From a bacterium (GTDB taxonomy: Bacteria; Electryoneota; Electryoneia; Electryoneales; Electryoneaceae), in NCBI GenBank assembly GCA_963669175.1, contig OY769902.1:320001-384000 (forward strand): a DNA stretch of 64,000 bases, read 5' to 3'. Within the stretch, counting starts at the first letter, position 1; each line of letters opens with the position of its first letter. The position numbers were made by a program, and so were the translations under genes. The notes below the pieces were generated by a model. It was not told the DNA's origin. It saw only the letters and a list, made by a program, of their open reading frames with translations, and did no database searches. Below are positions 10,905-20,293 of the stretch, one piece after another.

Positions 10905-11481
10905 CGCCCTCAAAATCATGAATAGGCCAGGGGATGATCAGTCTGCTACTATTTCACTCAATTTCCACTAGAGGATCGATAGGGATCCAGACAAGTATCG
11001 ACAATACAACAAGTAGCACATATAAACGGCTCTCAATGTACCGCGCTTCCTGAGAATACTTAACATCTTGTAATATCGCAACATGACTGGATATACGGCT
11101 GTCCCAAACAGACGGGACACCGCAAGCTTCGGTTCCTATCCCCCACTACTGCTTTTGGAGACAGGCTTTTCCTATCGAAATACCCGTTCTTTCCTGCCAG
11201 GGAGAGCCCTGGAGCACAAATTCTGTAAGCACAGATAAAAACGCATACGAAAGAGCTTTCCCGGCAGAAAAATTTAGCTTATATAATAACAGCTCCTTAG
11301 AGGGCTGGTAACGAAATACTAAAGTTAAATGTAAGCTGTATTACTGACACTATATTAAAATTTCACCTTCACTCCACTGACAATTCCTCTAAGAGTGTGG
11401 TTGATAATATTGCTTTTCGGCACGAACCCCTCTAGCTTTCCGCTCGAAGTAAACCTACAACGAAAGTTTAGTCACAGTAAA

Positions 11482-12024
11482 ATGGTTGACCTTGAAGAAC
11501 TGGGCGGTCGTATTCGACGGTTAAGATTAGCCGCTGAAATGACTCAGGAAGAATTGGCGGAGCGCAGCGACTTGACTGCGGGCTTCATCAGCCAGGTGGA
11601 GAGGGGAAAAACCTCCATTTCCATCGACAGCCTGATGATGATCCTCGAGACGCTCAACGTGCATATCTCGGACTTCTTCCGTCCTACGGAAGAACGGATT
11701 GTATTCACCGATGAGGACACGATTGATCTTGAGCGTGAAGGGGTCAGTCACTTCCTCTCGCTGGTTCCGGGTGCAGCCAGCCGAACCATGGAACCGGTGA
11801 AGGTGACATTGGCGCCGGGAGAACGGGCACGGCTTGATCCATTCAGTGGCGAACAGTTCGGCTATGTGTTGAAGGGTGAGATCAATATTGCTTACGGTGG
11901 CCAGAAGACATCGGCCAAAAAGGGTGAATCGTTTTACAGCGCAGGCATGCACGAGATAAAAATTACGGGCGCAGGTAGAAACGACTCTGAATATTTATGG
12001 ATAACCAGTCCACCTTATTTCTAA
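11482..12024 (+). CDS. XRE-family HTH plus cupin transcriptional regulator (PuuR-like)
   Basis: LGGRIRRLR...TQEELAERSDLTAGFISQVERG HTH; C-terminal cupin (GEQFGYVLKGEI...YLWITSPPYF); directly upstream of polyamine genes. Confidence 0.88.
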   Translation: MVDLEELGGRIRRLRLAAEMTQEELAERSDLTAGFISQVERGKTSISIDSLMMILETLNVHISDFFRPTEERIVFTDEDTIDLEREGVSHFLSLVPGAASRTMEPVKVTLAPGERARLDPFSGEQFGYVLKGEINIAYGGQKTSAKKGESFYSAGMHEIKITGAGRNDSEYLWITSPPYF

Positions 12025-12050
12025 AGGGCGAACCTGACATAGAAGCAGAC

Positions 12051-12081
12051 GCCCGTTGAAGAGAACGGGCTTTTTCATTTT
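12051..12081 (+). terminator. Intrinsic terminator-like hairpin between the regulator and speD
   Basis: GCCCGTT-gaagag-AACGGGC followed by TTTTTCATTTT. Confidence 0.65.
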
Positions 12082-12143
12082 CAAGGCAAAAAACCACAAG
12101 CAGGATTTGTACATACGGCCGGAGGACCGGCAGGAGAACCGCA

Positions 12144-12557
12144 TTGGAAACAAAGGCATTGGGCCGTCAATTGATGGTTGAGTTTTACGGATGCCACACT
12201 GACATCCTCAATGACGTGGAAGGCATCGACAAAGCCATGACACAGGCAGCCCGTGAAAGCGGCGCCACTATCGTGGAATCGGTCTTTCATCATTTTAATC
12301 CTTATGGGGTTAGTGGTGTTGTTGTAATTGCCGAATCCCATCTCGCCATTCATACCTGGCCGGAATACGGGTACGCAGCAGTTGATCTGTTCACCTGTGG
12401 CGAAGAAGTTGACCCGTACAAGGGGTTCGAATACCTCAAGCAGGTATTGGGATCAACCAATCTTTCCGTGAGCGAGATGAAGCGTGGCATGCTGGCCGAT
12501 CCGACCGGACGTGCGCTGCATAAGCCCCAGATGAACGTCGAAGCGCGGGTAGCTTAA
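12144..12557 (+). CDS. speD: S-adenosylmethionine decarboxylase proenzyme (short, SpeH type)
   Basis: [38 protein letters not shown]; TTG start after AGGAG. Confidence 0.95.
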   Translation: METKALGRQLMVEFYGCHTDILNDVEGIDKAMTQAARESGATIVESVFHHFNPYGVSGVVVIAESHLAIHTWPEYGYAAVDLFTCGEEVDPYKGFEYLKQVLGSTNLSVSEMKRGMLADPTGRALHKPQMNVEARVA

Positions 12558-12558
12558 C

Positions 12559-13038
12559 ATGAGCGCGCTGCAATCGATTCCAACGCCCACCCGTTATTTC
12601 CTGGCTGCGGGTGCTTCCGAGGGGAAAACTCCTCTGAACGCGTTTGATTGTGCTCTGTTGGATGCAGGTGTAGGTGATTGCAACCTGGTCAAGCTTTCCA
12701 GTATCCTGCCGCCGCATTGTGAACGTGTAGAACCATTCAAGCCGACTCCCGGTTCATTGACGCCGGTAGCGTATGCTCACATGAGCGCCACCCTTCCCGG
12801 TGAAGTGATCGCTGCGGCTGTTGCCTGCGGTGTTCCGGAAAATCCGGATGAACCCGGCGTAATCATGGAATACAGCGCCCGTGGCAGTGCAGAAAACGCC
12901 GAAGCCATTGTGCGCGACATGGTCGCGTACGCTTTTGAAGCCCGTAATCGTAAACTCAAAGAGATTCAATCGATCTCAGTTGAACACCGCGTTGAACAGC
13001 TTTGCTCTGTGTTCGCGGCTGTTGTGATGGGCTATTAA
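12559..13038 (+). CDS. pdaD: Pyruvoyl-dependent arginine decarboxylase
   Basis: LNAFDCALLDAGVGDCNLVKLS/SILP self-cleavage motif; GVIMEY. Confidence 0.9.
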   Translation: MSALQSIPTPTRYFLAAGASEGKTPLNAFDCALLDAGVGDCNLVKLSSILPPHCERVEPFKPTPGSLTPVAYAHMSATLPGEVIAAAVACGVPENPDEPGVIMEYSARGSAENAEAIVRDMVAYAFEARNRKLKEIQSISVEHRVEQLCSVFAAVVMGY

Positions 13039-13050
13039 CGCCTTTTCCTC

Positions 13051-13162
13051 TGTGATTTTCGTGTCGGGTCACAATCCGCATCGCGTTTCAAGACCCGACA
13101 CAACACGTTTCGTCAGGTCTTGCACATACGGTTTTCATGCGTGTGACCTGACGATAATCACA
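13051..13162. repeat. Double-hairpin REP-like element related to family A
   Basis: 10-bp stems GTGTCGGGTC/GACCCGACAC and TCGTCAGGTC/GACCTGACGA; ACGTTTCGTCAGGTCTTG is identical to 5231-5248; ends TGTGATT..AATCACA are inverted. Confidence 0.65.
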
Positions 13163-13207
13163 AACTGAACAGGAATAGGCACAAACCTTAAAACAACACT
13201 TTTTTTC

Positions 13208-14083
13208 ATGGATTATCCCTTGACAGAACCGACAGTATCCGAGACAAATTTCACCGAGTGGAGCAGTGAGGGCGCGGGCATGACCTGGAAGGTCAGCCGC
13301 ATCATTGAAGCCGTAGACACTCCATTCCAGCACATCGAGTTGTTCGAGACTCCGTCTGAAGGCAAGCTGCTCGTCCATGACGGCGCGGTTATGCTGACGG
13401 AACGGTTCGAGAACACCTACCATGAGATGCTGGTTCACCCGGCGTTGATTTCACATCCGAACCCGCGCCGTATCCTGGTGGTGGGCGGCGGTGACGGCGG
13501 TACGCTTCGTGAAGTGGTCAAGCACGACACTGTCAAGCTGGCCCGTCAATATGAGATTGATGGCGAAGTGGTGCGTATCGCGAAAGAGCACATGCCGGAA
13601 TTGGCAGTAGCTTACGACCATCCGAAGGTTGACCTCCGGATTGATGACGGTGTCCGTGCCGTCAACGAAGCCGACAAGGGTGAATACGATGTCGTGCTGG
13701 TTGATTCCACTGATCCTGTCGGCCCGGCGGAAGTGCTGTTCGAGGAACCGTTCTATCGTGGTATTTTCGACGCCCTTGGCGAAGACGGCATGCTGGTAAC
13801 CCAGGTGGCGACCTACGCCTATCACCTGGACCACATGGTGGAGATCGCCCAACGGCTGCGGAAGATTTTCCCGCTGGTGCGTGTTTACCAGACCGCCATC
13901 CCGATGTATCCCTCGGGAACCTGGTGCTTCATCCTGGCCAGCAAAGGACCGGACCCGATGACCGATGAAGGCGATGCCGAACGTGACAGCAAGTTGCAGG
14001 AACAGACGATCATCTGGAACCGTGCGTTTCACCGTGCCGCCTTCGCCCTGCCGACCTACGTCAACAAGGCCCTGGCAGAGTGA
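13208..14083 (+). CDS. speE: Polyamine aminopropyltransferase (spermidine synthase)
   Basis: YHEMLVHP, ILVVGGGDGGTLREV, YEIDGEV, DVVLVDSTDPVGPA. Confidence 0.95.
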   Translation: MDYPLTEPTVSETNFTEWSSEGAGMTWKVSRIIEAVDTPFQHIELFETPSEGKLLVHDGAVMLTERFENTYHEMLVHPALISHPNPRRILVVGGGDGGTLREVVKHDTVKLARQYEIDGEVVRIAKEHMPELAVAYDHPKVDLRIDDGVRAVNEADKGEYDVVLVDSTDPVGPAEVLFEEPFYRGIFDALGEDGMLVTQVATYAYHLDHMVEIAQRLRKIFPLVRVYQTAIPMYPSGTWCFILASKGPDPMTDEGDAERDSKLQEQTIIWNRAFHRAAFALPTYVNKALAE

Positions 14084-14330
14084 TTGATTCACAAATTGAT
14101 TCACAAGATGAGCAAGATTTTTTATGATCAACAAGATGAACTTTTAATGACTCACAGGATGGTAGGATAATAGGATATCAAGGATAATTATTTAGAATTT
14201 ACAGGATTTAAAAGATGATAAGGATATACAGGATAAGAGAATAACTCATTTCTTATTGTTTCCTTTTTTCTTATGTTTTTTCTTTCTTTGCGCCTTTGCG
14301 TCTTTGCGTGAAACATTTTGCATTATAAGA
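14084..14330. repeat. AT-rich intergenic with AGGAT micro-repeats and CTTTGCG repeats
   Basis: GACTCACAGGATGGTAGGATAATAGGATATCAAGGATAA resembles 62571-62609; CTTTGCGCCTTTGCGTCTTTGCGTG near 14286-14310. Confidence 0.55.
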
Positions 14331-14386
14331 GATTCAAAGTCGCGTGGCCCGGTGTGCTTGCACCCGGGCGCTTTCAGGAGCATGCC

Positions 14387-15238
14387 ATGCAGTTCACCCG
14401 GTTGGGATACCTGGATGCGGTGCAGGATGTTGAGGGTGCGGATGTCATCGTCGTAGGGATGCCGTATGACCGTACCGCATCATTCCGCGCGGGCTCACGT
14501 TTTGCCACCGATGCTATCCGTCGCGCCGCTGCGGACGGGATCGAAGAATATGACCCCATCCTGAAGCTGGATCTTGGTGATGTGACTTACGCCGATCCCG
14601 GTGACCTGTATGCCTATGCCAGCAATGGCCCCCGTCGGTATGTCGAAGCCGCCCTGGATGCCCTGGCTGAACTCCCTGCCGCAACACCCATTGTCGGGGT
14701 GGGTGGCGAGCATACGGTTTCCTATCCCCTGGTGCAACACGCCCTGAAAACATGGCCGGATCTGGGTGTGATCGTATTTGATGCCCATACCGACCTGCGT
14801 GAAGATTATGAAGGTTCGCGCTTTTCCCATGCCTGTGTAACTCGCCGGATTGCGGATTTGATCGGACCGAAACGTGTGGCCATGTTCGGCATCCGTAGCG
14901 GCCTGCAGGATGAGTTCGATTACGCCACACAAAATGGTTTATTGCACGACCTGACCCCGGAAGGATTCTCGGCAGCTCTCACAAAACTGGGAAACCGTCC
15001 ATTGTATATAACAGTCGATCTGGATGGCTTTGACCCTACGGAATGCCCCGGCACCGGCACACCGGAACCGGGCGGATTCTACTGGAAAGATTTCACCCGG
15101 GCCATAACGCAGTTGTTGGATTGCAAAGTGATCGGCGGTGATGTGGTTGAGCTGCTTCCGGAAAATGATCCTTCGCGACGCAGCGATGTGCTGGCCGCCC
15201 GGGTGGTGCGGATGCTGCTTCTGCTGGCTACGAAGTAG
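14387..15238 (+). CDS. speB: Agmatinase (ureohydrolase family)
   Basis: GGEHT, DAHTD, DLDGFDP, GTGTPEPGG; ATG 14387 after AGGAG. Confidence 0.93.
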   Translation: MQFTRLGYLDAVQDVEGADVIVVGMPYDRTASFRAGSRFATDAIRRAAADGIEEYDPILKLDLGDVTYADPGDLYAYASNGPRRYVEAALDALAELPAATPIVGVGGEHTVSYPLVQHALKTWPDLGVIVFDAHTDLREDYEGSRFSHACVTRRIADLIGPKRVAMFGIRSGLQDEFDYATQNGLLHDLTPEGFSAALTKLGNRPLYITVDLDGFDPTECPGTGTPEPGGFYWKDFTRAITQLLDCKVIGGDVVELLPENDPSRRSDVLAARVVRMLLLLATK

Positions 15239-15243
15239 ATTAG

Positions 15244-15714
15244 CCCGAATATTTCATGAACGTAACATGTATATTCATCTTAACACAGTTTATATCAGCA
15301 CAACACAACTGATTCACACAGCATTTTTCAGGATACAGTTTGCTCCGATATCCCTTTGCGTGTCTATTCCCTGTTTCGCTGGCCAACTGAGGCTGAGTAT
15401 CGGCAACCGCCCCGGCAGGGGCAACCTGTATTAGCCCAGGGCTGCCGCCGTCAGTTTGGCGGCTACCCTGGGAGATAATGCGCACCACATATTTACTCCG
15501 GAAGGAGTAACCTGATAATAATCACAAGTATACGGCGATAATATCTAGGCAACCCGCTGCCGGGGTTGGCAAGTAGCGTACATCCTATTCCCACCGTGAG
15601 CGCCAAACAGACGGCGCTGGACGGTGGGCTAATACAGAGAACCACTGCCGTGGTTCTTGTACTGGCCGTTCCATCAAATACCACATTTGAAATTGCATTG
15701 GTGAAATATTCGGG
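15244..15714. mobile_element. MITE-like element, family B, copy 1 (471 bp)
   Basis: TIRs CCCGAATATTTCA / TGAAATATTCGGG; 4-bp direct repeat TTAG at 15240-15243 and 15715-15718; internal GC-rich palindromes shared with 34513-34799 and 50928-51182. Confidence 0.85.
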
Positions 15715-15845
15715 TTAGTTATCACTCAACCCGACAGCAAGCACTTGGCCCCGTCGGCTTGAAGCATGCTGAAGCGAAGCGAAAGTAGCTGCCCGGCGGG
15801 GTTTATTCTAATTTATTTCAAGAGATTAGTCCTTCAGTTTTTAAT

Positions 15846-15873
15846 ACCCGACAGCAAGCAGTCGGGCCAAACG
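15846..15873 (+). repeat. Short REP-like palindrome, family D (ACCCGACAGCAAGCAGTCGGGCCAAACG)
   Basis: Further copies at 15729-15743 (partial), 23957-23984 (inverted) and 32394-32421. Confidence 0.7.
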
Positions 15874-15916
15874 GCCGCAGAAGAATACCCGGCCAGGCAT
15901 GGCCGGGCTACCTTTT

Positions 15917-17128
15917 TCACTGCCCACTTTTTTCACTTTTTTCACTTACGATCGCTTCCGGCCTTCGGATGATGTAGATAATCCCCACCACAATCGCCAG
16001 AACCGGTCCGATAATGGATAACGGGAATACCGCGTCAAAGCCGTAGGGTTCCAGTCCCGCCACCCAGCCGAACAGCATGGCAGTCAAAGCGTTGCCGCCA
16101 TCCATCATCCCGGTAACCAGGGCCACTCCGCTCCCCGCCATGGATTTCGGCGCGAGGTTAAATCCGAGTGTGGTCACCGCCGGAAATACGACACCGTGAG
16201 CGATCCCGGTAAATACTCCGGCAATAATGACAAGGGGCAAAGACTGGCTGAAAGCGAGCAGCAATAACCCGATGCCATACGCGGCATACCCGGGGATCAT
16301 GACACGCCTTACTCCGAACTTGTCGCCCCAGTGACTGCCGAAAAGACGGATGGTGATTCCTGCCGCAGAAAAAGCCGTAAAATAGAGCCCGAAATGGCTG
16401 ATATTCCTGAGCTTGGCAATCGGCGCGAGGAACGATGCCGGGGTTGAATAGCAGACGGCCAGCGCTAATGCAAAGAAGAAAGCGAGCAGCATTCCCGGCG
16501 ATTGGACTACTTTAACCATGTCGGACGGTTTCGGAAGCTGATTTGAATCACCCGGACGTCCCGCCGAACGGAGCAAGATGACGCAAATAAACGCACCAAT
16601 CCCAAACGCTGCTGTGATCAGGAAAAAGTAGTTCAGCCCGGCATCTTCGACCAGCCTTTCACCCATGTACGGTCCGATAAAATGTCCGACCATGCCGGAC
16701 ATGCCATACTTGGCAATGGCTTCGTTGCGTCGATTCGGCGGCGCTACAGCCCCGGCCATGGTGAAAAACGCGGTAAAGTGTGCGCCAAAACCAAAACCCT
16801 GTATCACCCTGAGCCCCCAGGCCAGCGGCGAGAGGCCATGTCCAAGAAGAAGGGCGAATCCAACCGGGGTTACGCTCATCAGGACGATGCCCATGATCCA
16901 GGTCGGCTTGATCCCCCACCGGTCGATCAGGTAGCCGATCAGGGGACGTCCAGCGACGGCGGAAAGAAAATAGACGCCCATGAACAGGCCGATTTCATGC
17001 GCCCCGCCCCCGGCGTCACGGACATAAAGCGGGTACATGGCGTTGTTGCTGAAATTCAGTGACAGCAGGAAGTTGGCCATAAAGGCCAGTATAAAAGTTG
17101 GAGTAAGAAGTTTTTCTTCCGCTTTCAC
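15917..17128 (-). CDS. MFS transporter
   Basis: GYLIDRWG and WGDKFGVRR motif-A-like loops; 12 TM pattern; probable GTG start at 17128. Confidence 0.88.
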   Translation of the reverse strand: MKAEEKLLTPTFILAFMANFLLSLNFSNNAMYPLYVRDAGGGAHEIGLFMGVYFLSAVAGRPLIGYLIDRWGIKPTWIMGIVLMSVTPVGFALLLGHGLSPLAWGLRVIQGFGFGAHFTAFFTMAGAVAPPNRRNEAIAKYGMSGMVGHFIGPYMGERLVEDAGLNYFFLITAAFGIGAFICVILLRSAGRPGDSNQLPKPSDMVKVVQSPGMLLAFFFALALAVCYSTPASFLAPIAKLRNISHFGLYFTAFSAAGITIRLFGSHWGDKFGVRRVMIPGYAAYGIGLLLLAFSQSLPLVIIAGVFTGIAHGVVFPAVTTLGFNLAPKSMAGSGVALVTGMMDGGNALTAMLFGWVAGLEPYGFDAVFPLSIIGPVLAIVVGIIYIIRRPEAIVSEKSEKSGQ

Positions 17129-17327
17129 CTTGCCCTCGCATGGAGTCTGAGTGGCTTGTAATATAAGCGATTCAATGTGTACAACCATGCCGACATTGTA
17201 AAGAAACCCGTCTCCCAAAAGGATACGCGTGATTATTAGAACTTTATCCATGCAACTTGCTTTTACCGGGGTCAAGAGTGCATGTTGGGTTTTTGTTTGG
17301 GAGGATTGATAATCAGGTGGGAGAAAG

Positions 17328-19070
17328 ATGGCGCGAAAAGAGACGATGTTGCGTGAAGACCGGGGAATATTCCCGCTTAGCGAGATCACGGCTCGTTGTG
17401 CGAAGGACTTCGGGGATTGTCCTGCCATGCGGAGCTGGAATGGCGAGAAGTATGTAGAGATTACATACAAAGAGCTTCATCATCGCGTAAAAGCCATCGC
17501 ACGCTGGTTGATACAGGAAGGTGTACAACCGGGTGACCACATCGCCGTCCTTGGTGACAACAGTCCACAATGGGAAATGGCTTACCTGGGCATACAGGTT
17601 GCCGGCGCAGTGTGTATTCCCATCGACCGTCTGCTCCCACCCGCAGGAATGCGTCATGTGCTGACCGATTCAGGCGCCACCATGCTCTTTGCCGGAAAGG
17701 CCTACCTGGAAGCGCTGGATGAAGTCGCAAAGATGAAATCATTGAAGCGGTTGATCTGCACGGATGCTGCCGGCCTGGAGGGCGCCATTGCCCTTACGGA
17801 GGTGATCAGCAAGGGCCGAAAGCTGAAAAGTGACCTGCCCAAACGAACCCTCGATGAACTGGCCGCCATCTTATACACGTCCGGCACAACAGGACACAGC
17901 AAAGGCGTGATGCTTACCCAGCGAAACCTGGTTTCCAACGCTGCAGCAGCCTATCGCATCTTCCCGATTGATGAAAACGATGTCTTTCTTTCCGTTCTTC
18001 CCGTTCACCATAGTTTTGAAGCCACAACCGGCTTTCTGCTTGCCTTGTATACCGGCGCTTCCATTACCTTCGCCATCAGCCTGAAAAGCAACGATATCAT
18101 CGGTGGGATTAAAGACACCAATGTTACGATCATGGTTGGTGTGCCGCTTCTTTATGAGAAGATGTCACAGGGCATTCAGCGTGGCGTCAGGAAAAGCGGC
18201 AAGGAAAAACTGGTCAACACCATGATGCGTGTGGTGATGGCCGGTGAGAGGTTCGGACTGAACCTGGGGGTCAAACTCTTTAAGGGCCTGCGGGAAAAAG
18301 CCGGGTTCGGTACGGTTCGTTTCTTCATTTCCGGTGGCGGTCCGCTTGATCCGGAAGTCGCACGCTATTTCAGCCGTCTGGGCATAACCATGATTCAGGG
18401 GTATGGCCTGACGGAAACTTCACCGGTTACCCATGCGAATCGTCCCGGCGTTATCGACAATGTTACGGTAGGTCCGCCCATCCCCGGCGTTAAACATAAA
18501 ATCCTTGATGCCAATGAACAGGGTATCGGCGAAATCTGTGTGAAGGGACCGAATATTTTCAAGGGCTATTACAAGAAGGATGAAGCCACACGTGAAGTAT
18601 TCACTGAGGACGGCTGGTTCATGACCGGCGACCTTGGTGTCATATACCCGAACAACTTCTTGCAGATTACCGGGCGGAAAAAAGCCATGCTGGTGACCGG
18701 TGGCGGTAAAAATGTCTACCCGGAAGAGATTGAATTCTACCTGAACCGCAGCCCTTTTATCGCTGAATCGGTAGTACTGGGTGTGCCACGCGCCAAGGGT
18801 CTGGGCGATGAGGTCGGCGCACTGATTCATCCGGACTACGAACAGGTGGATCTCCACTACGAGAAACAGGGTGTTGAAAACCCGACCCATGAAGATGTGT
18901 ACAAGCTGATCAAGCAGGAAATCCAGGAAGCTCAGAAGAACCTCGCGGATTACAAGCGCATCCGTACGTTCCGCATTTTCGAAGACGAGTTCCAGAAGAC
19001 GACCAAGCGGACGATCAAGCGGTTCCTGTATTCGCATGAAATGCTGGACGTCAACGGGGAGAAAGTCTGA
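17328..19070 (+). CDS. Long-chain fatty acid--CoA ligase (AMP-binding)
   Basis: YTSGTTGHSKG, GYGLTETSP, TGDLG, GGKNVYPEEIE. Confidence 0.92.
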   Translation: MARKETMLREDRGIFPLSEITARCAKDFGDCPAMRSWNGEKYVEITYKELHHRVKAIARWLIQEGVQPGDHIAVLGDNSPQWEMAYLGIQVAGAVCIPIDRLLPPAGMRHVLTDSGATMLFAGKAYLEALDEVAKMKSLKRLICTDAAGLEGAIALTEVISKGRKLKSDLPKRTLDELAAILYTSGTTGHSKGVMLTQRNLVSNAAAAYRIFPIDENDVFLSVLPVHHSFEATTGFLLALYTGASITFAISLKSNDIIGGIKDTNVTIMVGVPLLYEKMSQGIQRGVRKSGKEKLVNTMMRVVMAGERFGLNLGVKLFKGLREKAGFGTVRFFISGGGPLDPEVARYFSRLGITMIQGYGLTETSPVTHANRPGVIDNVTVGPPIPGVKHKILDANEQGIGEICVKGPNIFKGYYKKDEATREVFTEDGWFMTGDLGVIYPNNFLQITGRKKAMLVTGGGKNVYPEEIEFYLNRSPFIAESVVLGVPRAKGLGDEVGALIHPDYEQVDLHYEKQGVENPTHEDVYKLIKQEIQEAQKNLADYKRIRTFRIFEDEFQKTTKRTIKRFLYSHEMLDVNGEKV

Positions 19071-19870
19071 TGAAGAGCTGGGGGCGATGGATTTGCGCTA
19101 TTCTTGGCGCACTGCTGTTGGTAACTGTTGGCATGACTGCAACCGGCCGCCTGGACCCGGCCGAAGCGGATTCGCTGGCCGCACTGACCGATGACCCACT
19201 GGTCAAGGCCGACCTGTTCTGCGATTCATGGCAAAGTGAAAAAGCCATTGAAGTATTGGAAGCATCGGGACGCGAAGACGCGGAAACCCTGTGGCGGCTG
19301 GCGCGTTCACGCATCGACATCGCCGAGATGTATGGCGAAGACCGTGAAGACGCCGCCCTGCGTCTCTACGAACAGGCCAAAGAAGAAGCCGAAAAAGCTG
19401 TAGAACTGGAACCGAACAATGCCCTGGCGCAGCAGACTCTGGCCATCGCCTGCGGACGTGTGGCCCTGTTCAAAGGCGTTTTCTCCTCTATCGGCCTGGT
19501 CAAGCAAGTACGCCAAGCCTGCCTCACTGCCATTGCTACCGGCGATTCCATCCCGATTACGTTGTATGTATATGGACGTACCCATAAAAAACTGATCGAA
19601 AAGTCCGCTTTTGTGCGTGTCCCCATGGGACTGGGCTGGGCGAAAGATGACAGCGTGGAATACTATTTTGACCGCGCCCTCGAAGTCTCCGGCGGGAATA
19701 TGATTCAGTGCAAGGTTGAATACGCTGATTTCCTGCTCTCCGAAAAGAAGGACAAGGACAAAGCCCGCAAGATGCTGATGGAAGTGCAGCAGATGCCTTT
19801 ACGTGATGAGAATGACCCCAAAGCGGTCGAGTGGGCACGAGAGCTTATTGACGAGCATTTCAGCGAGTGA
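19070..19870 (+). CDS. Secreted TPR-like helical protein
   Basis: Signal peptide; AETLWRLARS...AEKAVELEPNNALA TPR-like repeats; start overlaps the ligase stop (TGATG). Confidence 0.65.
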   Translation: MKSWGRWICAILGALLLVTVGMTATGRLDPAEADSLAALTDDPLVKADLFCDSWQSEKAIEVLEASGREDAETLWRLARSRIDIAEMYGEDREDAALRLYEQAKEEAEKAVELEPNNALAQQTLAIACGRVALFKGVFSSIGLVKQVRQACLTAIATGDSIPITLYVYGRTHKKLIEKSAFVRVPMGLGWAKDDSVEYYFDRALEVSGGNMIQCKVEYADFLLSEKKDKDKARKMLMEVQQMPLRDENDPKAVEWARELIDEHFSE

Positions 19871-19890
19871 TCCGTTACATTCCTTAGTCG

Positions 19891-19931
19891 AAAAAACGGG
19901 ACAGACCACTTGGGGTCAGTCCCCGTTTTTC
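19891..19931. terminator. Bidirectional terminator-like hairpin
   Basis: AAAAAACGGGAC-AGACC...GGTC-AGTCCCCGTTTTT. Confidence 0.6.
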
Positions 19932-20293
19932 CTCTTTATTACAATCGACCTGGACGTAAGGATCTAATTCGATGGTAAATGGGGACTGCCACCCTTTTCG
20001 CCTGCGAATATACCAGGTATTGTTCACCATGTTTCATTTATACATAAAACATTGATCGCCAGGAAAACATGTTGCGAAAAGGTGGCTATCCCGGCATTTC
20101 CCAGCCAGGAACCATCTTACAGAGCAGGCGAAAAATCTGGTACAGTTACCTTTTCATTAATACTGGTTTGACTGTCCTGCATTCGAAAGCACGAAAAGGT
20201 AACAGTCCCATTTTTCGCCTTCTTACCCATCAAAGTAGCGAGGAACCAACAATTCCTTTTACTGTACCTTGTCAGTAGGGAGGCATAAAAAGC

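Noticed and set aside
11097-11167. Possible riboswitch upstream of the polyamine regulator
   Set aside because: Hairpins are present (TGTCCC/GGGACA) but I found no recognisable consensus, and it is more than 300 nt from the start codon; more likely a repeat remnant.
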